Source: a virus
Lineage: Duplodnaviria; Caudoviricetes
DNA: 64,000 nt
IMG/VR virus record: IMGVR_UViG_3300035182_002389
Location: 1 to 64,000 of that record
Reading direction: 5' to 3' (one strand)
Below the pieces are notes generated by a model. That model did no database searches and was not told the origin of the DNA. It saw only the letters and a program-made list of their open reading frames with translations. Shown here piece after piece: positions 1 through 8,852 of this stretch (the first letter of the stretch is position 1; the number at the start of each line of letters is the position of its first letter). Position numbers and translations under genes: made by a program.

Positions 1-30
1 CGGCCCCCCCCCCCCCCCCCCCCACAATAG

Positions 31-80
31 CCCCACCGCAGGTGGTCCGGGAGGGTTTGGGAGGGGCGGACAGCCCCTTC
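31..80 (+). repeat. Family B G/C-run palindromic element (partial): ccccaccgcaggtgg hairpin module plus gggagggtttgggaggggc..gccccttcc module
   Basis: Modules match the copies at 3700, 3993, 11258 and (reverse complement) the ccacctgcggtgggg module at 9342 and 58913. Confidence 0.75.
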
Positions 81-228
81 CAAGTGAACGCGGAGAAAGG
101 ACGTAGGATGATGTCGGGCCTCGAAACGATCGACGTGCGCCTCGCAACCTGCACGGGCTGGGTGGAGGAAAAGCCCTGCGTCTGCTTCTTGGGCAAGGAC
201 CGGCCTACCATCGTGCGATGGTGAGGCG

Positions 229-432
229 GTGAGCGTCTCCGCCGAGATCGTGAGCTGGCTCCGAGAGTGCGCGAAGAACACGAGCGCCTTCGTCGGTCCG
301 AAGAATCGTACGAAGAACCAAGCGATCATCGAGTTCGCTGAGGAGCTGGCTCTGGAGATCGAACGCCGCTGGCCCGAGCCTGTGGCCCCCTACCGAGAGG
401 TGCAGGAAGATGGGAACGCTGAAGGCTCGTGA
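229..432 (+). CDS. hypothetical phage protein
   Basis: GTG start after GAGG, overlapping chain of short ORFs. Confidence 0.55.
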   Translation: MSVSAEIVSWLRECAKNTSAFVGPKNRTKNQAIIEFAEELALEIERRWPEPVAPYREVQEDGNAEGS

Positions 433-625
433 ACCGGAAGACGTCGAGATGGAGTACGCGCTCGGCCAGCGTCGGTCGGCGAGCGACGAGTGCATGATCT
501 GCACGAGCAACATGGCCGAGGACGGCGTGAAGGTGGACTTCAAGCTCGCCGACGGCTCGAAGGGCTTCTACTGCCGACCGTGCATCCTGCGCCTCGGCCG
601 CGTGCTGAAAGCGAAACTGCTCTAG
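410..625 (+). CDS. small C4 zinc-finger protein
   Basis: CMIC...YCRPC motif pair. Confidence 0.55.
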   Translation: MGTLKAREPEDVEMEYALGQRRSASDECMICTSNMAEDGVKVDFKLADGSKGFYCRPCILRLGRVLKAKLL

Positions 626-633
626 GAGGCCAC

Positions 634-903
634 GTGATAGAGCCGCAGAACGACCGAGAATGCGCCGAGCTGGAAAAGGGCAAACGGCTCCTTGGTTTGC
701 TCGCCGTCGAGCGCGACGCGCAGCTCACCTTCCGGGCCATGGCCCTTGGCTTTCAACAAGCCACTCCCGCAGAGGTTGCTGCGGCCAAGCGCGCCTACAT
801 CGACGCGAACGCGAAGGTGGCCGCTCTCGTGCCCCGCGCGACGGACACTCTCGTCGCCTACTTCAAGATGATCGAGCAGCAGCGCCTCGCGATGCGCCTG
901 TAG
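634..903 (+). CDS. hypothetical protein
   Basis: GGAGG RBS then GTG at 634; coding-like composition. Confidence 0.6.
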   Translation: MIEPQNDRECAELEKGKRLLGLLAVERDAQLTFRAMALGFQQATPAEVAAAKRAYIDANAKVAALVPRATDTLVAYFKMIEQQRLAMRL

Positions 904-913
904 GAGAAGTCCG

Positions 914-1150
914 ATGACCATTCGCAAAATCGACGACGGTGAGGTCTGGCGCAAGAAGGCCATCTGCCGCGACCGTGAGCACAACGTGCCGAGCATGATC
1001 TCGCTTCCTCCGGGCACCTACGAGCACGAGTGCCCGAGCTGCCACAAGCGCACGATCTTCCGCGTCGACAGCACGCAGATGAAGAGCAGCGGTTGGAGCC
1101 TCAAGCTGCCCGAAGACGTGACGAAGACCTACGCTTCGGCGCGGCCATGA
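914..1150 (+). CDS. hypothetical zinc-ribbon protein
   Basis: GGAG RBS; HECPSC motif. Confidence 0.6.
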   Translation: MTIRKIDDGEVWRKKAICRDREHNVPSMISLPPGTYEHECPSCHKRTIFRVDSTQMKSSGWSLKLPEDVTKTYASARP

Positions 1151-1359
1151 AGACGGAACTGTTCGGCCCGCACGAGATTTTCATGGGAGGGTTCGCGCTC
1201 GCGGCGGCCATCAGCATGCTGGCGCTCCTCTCGGTAGCAGCGCGCTCCGACAACGTCGCCGTGGTCTGCTGGATCTTCATCGCGCTCCTCAGCCTGATCA
1301 CCTGCGACATCTACTTCTTTCTGCGTCTGAGGGCCGACCGGCCGAAGAGGGCGCCATGA
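1147..1359 (+). CDS. small two-TM membrane protein
   Basis: ATGA overlap; two hydrophobic stretches. Confidence 0.55.
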   Translation: MKTELFGPHEIFMGGFALAAAISMLALLSVAARSDNVAVVCWIFIALLSLITCDIYFFLRLRADRPKRAP

Positions 1360-1688
1360 GCGACAAGCTGCTCCGAAGAACCGAATACCTCGCGGCCGAG
1401 CAAACGGCACGTGAGAAGGAGCAGGCCGACCGCTTTCGCGCGATGGTCGCCGACGTGGAAGCGTCAGCGGCGGCAGCTACCAATGTCGGCCTGACGAAAC
1501 ACGGTCGCAAAAGCTCGGAGGCGCAACGGACTCCGTCCTGCGTGTGCGGCGCGATCGGCGAGCACGACGACAAGCACGACGCCCACTACTGCCCTGTGAG
1601 CGGTACGTGGCTCGAAGAGTCGTGCGCGGACCGCATGTGCGTGTACTGCTTCAACCGCCCATCCTGCAAGATCCTGGAGACCCCGTGA
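1356..1688 (+). CDS. hypothetical Cys/His-rich protein
   Basis: ATGA overlap; CxC, H, C, CxxC residues. Confidence 0.55.
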   Translation: MSDKLLRRTEYLAAEQTAREKEQADRFRAMVADVEASAAAATNVGLTKHGRKSSEAQRTPSCVCGAIGEHDDKHDAHYCPVSGTWLEESCADRMCVYCFNRPSCKILETP

Positions 1689-2137
1689 AGATCAACGTCC
1701 AAGAACGCGTGCGCGAGATTCTCGACCTGCTCGAAGACTTCTCGCCTGGCATCGAGCGCGACGTCCGCATGGAGTGCAAGGAAGACTGGACGGCCGACTA
1801 CGCGATCTTCGCGCTCGACATCGTAGAGCCCTCGGACCACGACGAGCGCCGCTACCTCGACACGTTCCGGTTCATGCGCGACGTTGCCTCCTTCGTACAA
1901 GGGAAAGTGAGCAAGAACGCCATCCTCGCCGTCGGCCGCAACGGCGGCGCTGCTGCGCCGAACGGGACGCTGGTCGTGCACCTTCACGCGCAAAGCAACG
2001 GGTGGGGCGCGGAGATCGAGGTCTATCGCGTGATCCCGAAAGCTCTGAAGGGTGAGTACGTGGCGCCGAAGGTCGCTCCCGAGGTCGAAAAGGTCGCTCC
2101 GAAGCCCAAGAAAAAGGCCTCGAAGAAGAGGGCTTGA
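1685..2137 (+). CDS. hypothetical protein with Lys-rich tail
   Basis: GTGA overlap with the upstream stop. Confidence 0.6.
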   Translation: MKINVQERVREILDLLEDFSPGIERDVRMECKEDWTADYAIFALDIVEPSDHDERRYLDTFRFMRDVASFVQGKVSKNAILAVGRNGGAAAPNGTLVVHLHAQSNGWGAEIEVYRVIPKALKGEYVAPKVAPEVEKVAPKPKKKASKKRA

Positions 2138-2173
2138 CGGGTCTATAAAGGCGTGTAGTACATGTTTATGGAC
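2134..2173 (+). promoter_or_regulatory. sigma70-like promoter with GTACATGTTTATGGAC motif
   Basis: TTGACG-16-TAGTAC; the 16-mer at 2158-2173 is identical to 8796-8811. Confidence 0.55.
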
Positions 2174-2229
2174 GCGGCGCGCAGGGCGAACATCGCCGGC
2201 TCGCTTTCTCCTTGGATGAAGGAGCCCTC

Positions 2230-2727
2230 GTGAAGACCATTCGCCAGTGCGTGCACGACTACATCCGCGTCCAGATCGCGGACCCGTCCTCCGGCGCGGT
2301 CTGGGAGCGCGACACGCCGACGAGCCTCGCCGGTTTTCGTGACATGGTGATCAACCTCGCGCACGAAGAGCGGTGCGCGCCGATCAACATCGACTACGAT
2401 TGGGACGCAGCCCGGCGCCGAACGATCCTCTCGATGCTGCTGGTCGGCGGCGCTCGGCTGGTGTTTCGCCTGAACCCGGAGAAGGAATACCCGGACGCGC
2501 TTCTCGGGGCAGAGCACGCATCGTTCGACCAGGGCTTTTCGGCGGGCGTTCACGCCGCTGCGAGCATGGCCCTGCGCGCCTACCACGATCAGTCGGACGT
2601 CCGCTTTCGCGACCTCAGCGACGCGATGCTCCTGCGCCTCTTCAAGTGGCAGGAAAATGAAGGCGTCGTCTATCGCTCGAAGCTCCCCGAGAGCTGGGTC
2701 GGGATGGGCGACGAGGTGAAGCCGTGA
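2230..2727 (+). CDS. hypothetical protein
   Basis: GGAG RBS then GTG. Confidence 0.6.
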   Translation: MKTIRQCVHDYIRVQIADPSSGAVWERDTPTSLAGFRDMVINLAHEERCAPINIDYDWDAARRRTILSMLLVGGARLVFRLNPEKEYPDALLGAEHASFDQGFSAGVHAAASMALRAYHDQSDVRFRDLSDAMLLRLFKWQENEGVVYRSKLPESWVGMGDEVKP

Positions 2728-3113
2728 GCAGCGTCGGCAGGCGCATCAAGCGCGCGATGGACGGTCAGCACAAGATTTCCGTCTGGAGGTCGAAGCGCGA
2801 ACCGTTGCCGCTCTTCCCCGTCTCTCCGAACCCCGAGGCCTACCTCTTCCCGATCGAGTATTGGGCCGAGAGGCAGCTCGATGGGGGCGTCGAGGCGCGC
2901 GGAGGAGGATCGCCGCGTCGCAGAGCGATTGCGGGCCCTGGAGATTCGGGATCGCTGCTTCGCGAGGGGCTCGTCACGCTCCGAAGGGACGACTTGAAAC
3001 TCATCGGCGAAGACGACAAGGCCCGCGCCGATCTCATCGCGCGCATCAAGGAGGTCCTCGGCTCGGACTTCCAACAGGGCGTCCTCGATTCCGCGCCGAA
3101 GAAGGAGCCGTGA
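2724..3113 (+). CDS. hypothetical protein
   Basis: GTGA overlap. Confidence 0.55.
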   Translation: MSSVGRRIKRAMDGQHKISVWRSKREPLPLFPVSPNPEAYLFPIEYWAERQLDGGVEARGGGSPRRRAIAGPGDSGSLLREGLVTLRRDDLKLIGEDDKARADLIARIKEVLGSDFQQGVLDSAPKKEP

Positions 3114-3646
3114 TGCGCTTCTACAAGCACAAGGACCCGAACACCACGTTCGACGCTCCCTCGCACAAATGGCTCGTCGAGGCCGCGCCGGGCAAGTTCT
3201 TCTTCGTCCTCAAGGAGTCGGATCGCCCGACGGCGCCGCCGAACCTCGACACGTTCGACCTCGTGCCCGCAGGGGAGGTGCCGCTGCACGTTCGCAGGCT
3301 CGCAGCTTCGCGGTGGGGCGGTTTCTGCCGGCAAGAGAACGTCGAGCGCATGGCCCGTGTCGACGTGAACAAGCACGGTTTTGGTGTGAACGAGTACGGC
3401 CAGAACCTCCACAAGCCCGCCGAACACGTCCTTCACGCGAACCTGCGACGCGCGAGCTTCGAGAGCCCGTTCCGTTCGGTGTGCCCCGTGTGCGAGCGAG
3501 GACTCTTGCTCGTCGCGCGCCACCCCGAGACCTTCGATCTGGTCGATCGAGATCGCTGCGTCCGCTGCGGGCAGCTCTTCATCTACGAGGACGCGATGAT
3601 CGGCGGCGAGCCCGTACTGAAGATGAAGGCTGGAGAGACGCTATGA
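3113..3646 (+). CDS. hypothetical protein with C-terminal CPxC/CxxC zinc ribbon
   Basis: GGAG RBS; CPVC...CVRC. Confidence 0.6.
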   Translation: MRFYKHKDPNTTFDAPSHKWLVEAAPGKFFFVLKESDRPTAPPNLDTFDLVPAGEVPLHVRRLAASRWGGFCRQENVERMARVDVNKHGFGVNEYGQNLHKPAEHVLHANLRRASFESPFRSVCPVCERGLLLVARHPETFDLVDRDRCVRCGQLFIYEDAMIGGEPVLKMKAGETL

Positions 3647-3858
3647 CCTCCAAGGAAGTGCTGAAGAAGGTCTGCAAGACCTGCAAGGTCGAGTTCGGCG
3701 GGGAGTCTGAGGGGCGCGCCGAGAGCGCCCCTCAGCGGGGGTTCGGGGGCAGAGCCCCCGACGAATGGTGCAGCGGAACGCTGCCTCGGGAGGGTTCGGG
3801 AGGGGCGAGCAGCCCCTTCCGAGCGGGTGAAAAACGTTCGCGTCAGGTGCTGCCGTGA
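3643..3858 (+). CDS. truncated zinc-ribbon paralog whose 3' part is a family B repeat
   Basis: MTSKEVLKKVCKTCKVEF is nearly identical to the start of the next gene, then the frame runs through the repeat. Confidence 0.55.
   Translation: MTSKEVLKKVCKTCKVEFGGESEGRAESAPQRGFGGRAPDEWCSGTLPREGSGGASSPFRAGEKRSRQVLP
3700..3822 (+). repeat. Family B palindromic element inside CDS
   Basis: gggagtctgaggggcgc..gcgcccctcag / gggggcagagccccc / gggagggttcgggaggggc..gccccttcc; near-identical to 3993 and 11258. Confidence 0.9.
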
Positions 3859-4319
3859 CGTCCAGGGAAGTGCTCAAGAAGGTGTGCAAGACCTGCAAGG
3901 TCGAGTTCGTCATCCCGCCAGACATGGAGGCTTTCTACGTCGGCAAAGGTCTGCACCTTCCCGCGCGATGCAAGGCTTGCCGTAAGCCCGGCAGGGAGTC
4001 TGAGGGGCGCGCCGGAAGCGCCCCTCAGCGGGGTTTGGGGCAGAGCCCCAACGAAAGATGCAACGGAACGTTGCCTCGGGAGGGTCTGGGAGGGGCGAGC
4101 AGCCCCTCCCAGGCGCACGAGTGGAGAGAAGAGGCCACCAAGAACAAAGCCCTCATGGCCGCGAACGGTGGCAGGCCGCTCGTTCCGACCGACGCCGAGA
4201 TGGCGCCTGACTGGAAGAAGGGTTGCGAGGTGTGCGGCCAGAAGCCCACGCTACCGCTCACGGGGCTCTGCGGCCCTTGCACCTTCGGCGAGGCTGACAC
4301 GGCAGGCGGCAACTGGTGA
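3855..4319 (+). CDS. zinc-ribbon domain protein with in-frame repeat insertion
   Basis: CKTCKVEF..FY..KG..P.RCKACR resembles the zf-trcl type probable zinc ribbon; second Cys cluster at the C-terminus. Confidence 0.7.
   Translation: MTSREVLKKVCKTCKVEFVIPPDMEAFYVGKGLHLPARCKACRKPGRESEGRAGSAPQRGLGQSPNERCNGTLPREGLGGASSPSQAHEWREEATKNKALMAANGGRPLVPTDAEMAPDWKKGCEVCGQKPTLPLTGLCGPCTFGEADTAGGNW
3993..4112 (+). repeat. Family B palindromic element, 120 nt, in-frame (40 codons)
   Basis: Encodes RESEGRAG...ASSPSQ between zinc domains; matches the intergenic copy at 11258. Confidence 0.9.
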
Positions 4320-4329
4320 GGAGGCGATC

Positions 4330-4644
4330 GTGAAGTACAGCGACGAGATGCGCGCGGAGATCAGCAAGGACGCGGTGGGCAAAGTCGTCGAGTCGCTCGA
4401 CTGGTGCCCCGATTTTGTCGGCGGCTATTGGGTGATGGCCTTCAAGGACAACACCGAAATCTGCTTTCGGATGACGGGCGAGCCGATGTACACGCGCGAG
4501 TCGACCAGCGAGCAAGCGAAGAACAAGGTCGTCGAGTCGCTCACGTGGGACGCCGGGGGCCGTGGAGGGGGCTACTGGACCATGAGGCTGAAGGGCGGCG
4601 CGGAGTTCTGGTTTCGGCTTCGCCTGATGGCCGAGCTGGTTTGA
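4330..4644 (+). CDS. hypothetical protein with an internally duplicated domain
   Basis: KVVESL.W....GGYW.M..K...E..FR occurs twice. Confidence 0.65.
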   Translation: MKYSDEMRAEISKDAVGKVVESLDWCPDFVGGYWVMAFKDNTEICFRMTGEPMYTRESTSEQAKNKVVESLTWDAGGRGGGYWTMRLKGGAEFWFRLRLMAELV

Positions 4645-4657
4645 ACGGAGACGATTG

Positions 4658-5431
4658 ATGCCGACGACGAGGAATGACATTCGAGCGTGGCTCAAAGAGG
4701 CGGAGGAAAAAGGAGCGACCCATCTCATCGTCGCGACCGACGACTTCGGCCACGACGACTACCCCATCTACGTGATGCCGGGCGAAGACCCTCACGTGAG
4801 GGCGCAGAGGCTCGGCGATATGCAGAGGGTCATGGAGGTGTACGCGATGCACCTCGACCTCGGAGATCAGCTCGCCGAGCGCCGTTCGTTCCACTACGAG
4901 AGCGCTGAAGAGACCGCCCGCGCCATCTCGGCGGGGATGCCGAAACCGTCTAAAGGACCCACCATGCCAGGCCCCGGCCCCGCCCCGAAGCAGCCCCCTC
5001 CGAAGAAGCCGACCGCCGAGCAGGAGATCGAGACCCTCACGCGCGCGAAGGCGGAGTGGGAAGCCGCCTATCACGGCGCGCGGTCCGAGATCGAAACGAT
5101 GCGGGTCGGCCTCACGATCGCGGAGAACGATCTTGCGAAAGCGCTCGCCAAGAACGCGGACCTCGCGAGCCGCGTCGGCAAGCTCGAACTCGCCCTCCAG
5201 GTCAACAGGGGCGCCGCCACGACGCACAAGGAGATGGTCGAAAAGATGGTCGGGTCCGCTCGCGAGATGATCGAGCAGGCCCAAGCCGTCATCAAGGAGC
5301 AGACCGCCACCATGGCGAGCCAGCGCGAGCAGATCGGCAAGCTGCTCGACATGAACAAGCAGCTCATCGAGATGGCCCCGCGACGCGAGACGCGATCGAC
5401 GCTCGGCAACCCCGTGCTCGGCGAGGAGTGA
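4658..5431 (+). CDS. hypothetical protein, Pro-rich linker and coiled-coil C-terminus
   Basis: Long ORF with typical codon usage. Confidence 0.7.
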   Translation: MPTTRNDIRAWLKEAEEKGATHLIVATDDFGHDDYPIYVMPGEDPHVRAQRLGDMQRVMEVYAMHLDLGDQLAERRSFHYESAEETARAISAGMPKPSKGPTMPGPGPAPKQPPPKKPTAEQEIETLTRAKAEWEAAYHGARSEIETMRVGLTIAENDLAKALAKNADLASRVGKLELALQVNRGAATTHKEMVEKMVGSAREMIEQAQAVIKEQTATMASQREQIGKLLDMNKQLIEMAPRRETRSTLGNPVLGEE

Positions 5432-5432
5432 G

Positions 5433-5798
5433 ATGTCCGACGTCGAAATCGTGCACCTTGGTGTCGCCCCCGATCGGGTGAAGAAGCTCGTCGACGAACG
5501 CCTCTACGACACCTACTGGCGCGCGGTCGAACATTTCGGAACGACGGACCTCGTGGTGTTCCTCGAAACGGAGCGCGTCGAAAACGCCGTGAACGTTCTG
5601 CTTCGCAAGACGGTGATCGAGGACTTCGATGCTTCGTCTCGAATCGTGGAGATGATGTCCGTGCCCGCGTCAGAAATGGGTAATCCGTTGGGCGAAGGCG
5701 CGAGCACGTTCTGGTTCGTCGCGATCTTTTCCGACGGCGCGAGCGTCGTGAGGGTCGTGGCAAAACGGTTGAGCGGCGATTCTTCGGTTTCGTCGTAG
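5433..5798 (+). CDS. hypothetical protein
   Basis: GGAG RBS. Confidence 0.6.
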   Translation: MSDVEIVHLGVAPDRVKKLVDERLYDTYWRAVEHFGTTDLVVFLETERVENAVNVLLRKTVIEDFDASSRIVEMMSVPASEMGNPLGEGASTFWFVAIFSDGASVVRVVAKRLSGDSSVSS

Positions 5799-5806
5799 GG
5801 TGGGCC

Positions 5807-6541
5807 ATGAACGACATCGAAGCGACCAAGTTCTACATCCGCCACCGTGACGGCTATCCCGAGATGGAGATGCAGGACTGCGCGCGGCGCGGTTTCCACG
5901 CGCTCAACGTCGAGACGGTGCCGTATCACTGGATCGACGACATCGACGACATGAAGGATCTCGGGCCGACCGTCGGCGTGGCCGGGTACATCGGCGACGT
6001 TTGGAAGGCGCTCAAGAAGCTCGGCAAGCCGATTCCGCCCGCCCTCGACTACCCGAAGGAGCTGGAGGAGTTCCTCGGGCGCAAGGTGTGGCCCTCGACG
6101 CTCGGGGAGCTGCGCGGGCGCGTCTCGACGACCTTCGTGAAGCCCGTCGAGCAGAAGGCGTTCTCGGGCTTTCTGTGGAGCCCTGACGGGCAGAGCCGCA
6201 TGCGCCTCGTCGCGCACGACGACGAGACCCCCGTCTGGTGCTCGGAGCCGGTCGAGTTCGTCTCGGAGTATCGAGCATTCATCCTCTACCGGAAGATCGT
6301 CGGCTGCCGTCTCTACAAGGGCGACTGGTCGGTGGTCCCCGCGCGCGCGACGGTCGAGGCCGCCGTCAAGGCGATGGGGAGGAAGGCTCTACACGCCTAC
6401 GCCCTCGACTTCGGGGTCACGCGAGACGGTCGCACGCTGCTCGTCGAGGCCAACGAAGGCTACGCCCTCGGCCACTATGGGCTGCAAGACGTCACGTACG
6501 CGCGAATCCTCTCCGCCCGCTGGCACGAGCTGACCTCGTAG
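5807..6541 (+). CDS. ATP-grasp domain protein (DUF4343/R2K-like)
   Basis: FVKP, SEPVEFVSEYRAFI, YALDFGV..LLVEAN motifs. Confidence 0.75.
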   Translation: MNDIEATKFYIRHRDGYPEMEMQDCARRGFHALNVETVPYHWIDDIDDMKDLGPTVGVAGYIGDVWKALKKLGKPIPPALDYPKELEEFLGRKVWPSTLGELRGRVSTTFVKPVEQKAFSGFLWSPDGQSRMRLVAHDDETPVWCSEPVEFVSEYRAFILYRKIVGCRLYKGDWSVVPARATVEAAVKAMGRKALHAYALDFGVTRDGRTLLVEANEGYALGHYGLQDVTYARILSARWHELTS

Positions 6542-7584
6542 GAGAAGGCCATGCAGATCAACGTGTCGTGGAAGCTCGGGGCGACGGACGTCGTCAGGAT
6601 CCTGGCTTTCGAGAAGTCGAACCACGGGCGGGCCCTGCCGACCTCTCGCAAGCGGACGATGGAGATCGTTCGCAATCATCTCCGCGCGTACGGCGACGGC
6701 GCTTCGTACGAGGAGATCCAGGACGAAGACGACGCTGCGGCGAAAGGAGCTTGAGATGAGCGGCAAGAACAAGCCGGGCGCAAAGAAGCCCCGCTGCGAA
6801 ATCTGCAAGACGACCGAGAATGTGACCCTCGCGCCCGACCCCTTCAACGTCGACGTCTATGACGACGCGTCGCCGCGCTACCTGTGCGACGAGTGTCGTT
6901 TGCGACGTCGCGAAGACATCTGAGGCCGCATGACCGAACCGAAGACGTTCAAGGCCCATCCGGGATGTCCCCTCTGCGACATCCTCGTCAACCCTCCCCC
7001 GAACGACGCGTCGCTGCCCCTGCACGTCTCGGGCTTCACCCTCGCGCTCATCGCGGTGCAGGAGTTCACGCTCCCCGTGCTCCTCGCGACTCTCTGCCCG
7101 ACCCACGCCGACTTCTACAAGCGCGCTCGCGCGAGCGTCAGCGAGAAGCCGTGATGGCCGCCAAGAAAGCGCAGAAGGCCAAAGTTCCTCGGGCGAAGAA
7201 GGTGAAGGAGTACGTCCCCTCTTCGCCGCCCGAGCTGGCTGCGCAGGGTTCGTGCTGCCCGCACTGCGACACGGTGCACAGCTTCCCCATCTACGCCGCA
7301 GGCGTCGAAGACTGGCAACGTAGTCGCCGTCGCGGCGACAGCAACGATCGCTGGATCCCCTGCGGCGCATGGCGCGCGGTTGCGTGCGAGTCGCCCTACG
7401 ATTGCGTCCGATCGCTCCGCAACACGATCGAGAGCATCCAGGCCGACGTGGAGAGCTTGAACGAATGGCGGAGACGATAATCGCCCGAGGATTCGTGCTT
7501 GGATCGATGGATAACGAATAGTCTTGATCCTTACATCACCTCGTGTAGCATCTCGCTATCGAACGGGGCGAAAGGCGGGCGTCG

Positions 7585-7833
7585 ATGATCTGCAAGCTCA
7601 AGGTCGAGGCCGTAGAGCGCGAAGGGACGTGCGTGCGCGCGACGGTCTTCATGGGAGAGACCGAGGCAACGCTCATGAACTGCGGCGTGCTCACGTTGCG
7701 GCTCGGCGCCTATCAGCTCCTCGGCGCCGCCCTCGGCCTCGGCGCACAAGAGACGATGGGACGCCTCTCTTTTGTCTCTGAGGACGACGTGTTCGTCGCA
7801 TGGGTCAAGCGCTGCGCGTCGGAGGCGTCGTGA
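7585..7833 (+). CDS. hypothetical protein
   Basis: Follows an AT-richer intergenic region with TTGATC-16-TAGCAT. Confidence 0.55.
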   Translation: MICKLKVEAVEREGTCVRATVFMGETEATLMNCGVLTLRLGAYQLLGAALGLGAQETMGRLSFVSEDDVFVAWVKRCASEAS

Positions 7834-8040
7834 GCCGTCTGCAACGCTACCTGCTCTCCGCGCACTTTTCGAGGAAAGAAGCTAACTGCCGCGAAAGTTG
7901 AGACGATTGTCCGTCTTGCTCGCACGGGAAAGTGGACTGCTGTGGCGTTAGGTGAGCGATACAAGGTGTCGTCGTCGGCGATCTTGCACGTGGCAAAACA
8001 GTTCGGCGTTCGGTTCAAGAAGGGTCGGCCGAAACAATGA
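7834..8040 (+). pseudogene. start-less helix-turn-helix fragment (possible homing endonuclease remnant)
   Basis: Open frame RGKKLTAAKVETIVRL..TAVALGERYKVSSSAILHVAKQ with no start codon after the in-frame TGA at 7831; lower GC. Confidence 0.4.
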
Positions 8041-8777
8041 TCGTTGGTATTTCGGGCAGCGCAGGAGCGGGCAAAGACGCGGCTGCGGATTTTTTGGTGC
8101 GCGATTTCGGGTTCGCTCGCGTGGCGCTCGCCGATCCTTTGAAGCGCTTCATCAAAGACGTCTTCGATTTCGAGGACGACGCCTTGTGGGGGCCAAGCGA
8201 GGCGCGCAGCCGCCCTGACCTCCGCTACCCGAGACCGTGCCGCCCGTGCCGACAAACAGGTAAGGTCGCGGTCGGTGGCACCGTGGAGAGTGAGACGGGG
8301 CTCTACGTTGGCGGCGCGGAGAAAGACTGCGAACTCTGCGAAGGGCTCGGCCTTCTGTTCCTTGACGTTCGATATGCCGCCCAGAAACTCGGGACGGAAT
8401 GGGGACGCGACTGCTTCGACAGCGTGTGGGTCTGGTACGCACTTCGGATGGCGAAGGAAGTCCTCTCGGGGTGCTACGTCTACAGCCCGCAGCAGGGACT
8501 GATCCGAACCGTGTCGTGCGTGGCCGGCGTGGTCATCCCCGACGTCCGGTTCCGAAACGAGATCGTCGGCTTGCGGCAAGCCGGTGCGGTTCTCATTCGC
8601 ATCGTGCGGCCGGGCGCGGGGCTGCAAGGCGAGGCGGCGGCCCATCTCTCCGAGGCCGAACAATCGAGCATCGGCGACGAGGAGTTCGACGCCGTCATCC
8701 TCAACGACGGCAACCTGTCCGACCTGCAAACGAAGGTCGTAGAGACGGTTTCGAGGCTCCGCAAAGAGAGTCGTTGA
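8037..8777 (+). CDS. deoxynucleoside monophosphate kinase (T4 gp1-like) with zinc-finger insertion
   Basis: P-loop GSAGAGKD, ALADPLK, AQKLGTEWGR, VIPDVRFRNE. Confidence 0.85.
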   Translation: MIVGISGSAGAGKDAAADFLVRDFGFARVALADPLKRFIKDVFDFEDDALWGPSEARSRPDLRYPRPCRPCRQTGKVAVGGTVESETGLYVGGAEKDCELCEGLGLLFLDVRYAAQKLGTEWGRDCFDSVWVWYALRMAKEVLSGCYVYSPQQGLIRTVSCVAGVVIPDVRFRNEIVGLRQAGAVLIRIVRPGAGLQGEAAAHLSEAEQSSIGDEEFDAVILNDGNLSDLQTKVVETVSRLRKESR

Positions 8778-8811
8778 CATGCTTCACGTGGTGATGTACA
8801 TGTTTATGGAC
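8774..8811 (+). promoter_or_regulatory. sigma70-like promoter with GTACATGTTTATGGAC motif
   Basis: TTGACA at 8774; motif shared with 2158 and partly with 53148. Confidence 0.55.
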
Positions 8812-8852
8812 TCGCAGGCGAACCGGGCGATCACAAGGGGCAAGGCGAACAC

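Noticed and set aside
4-23. Poly-C run at the window start
   Set aside because: Homopolymer at the sequence edge next to a GC-rich hairpin; most likely a sequencing or assembly artefact.
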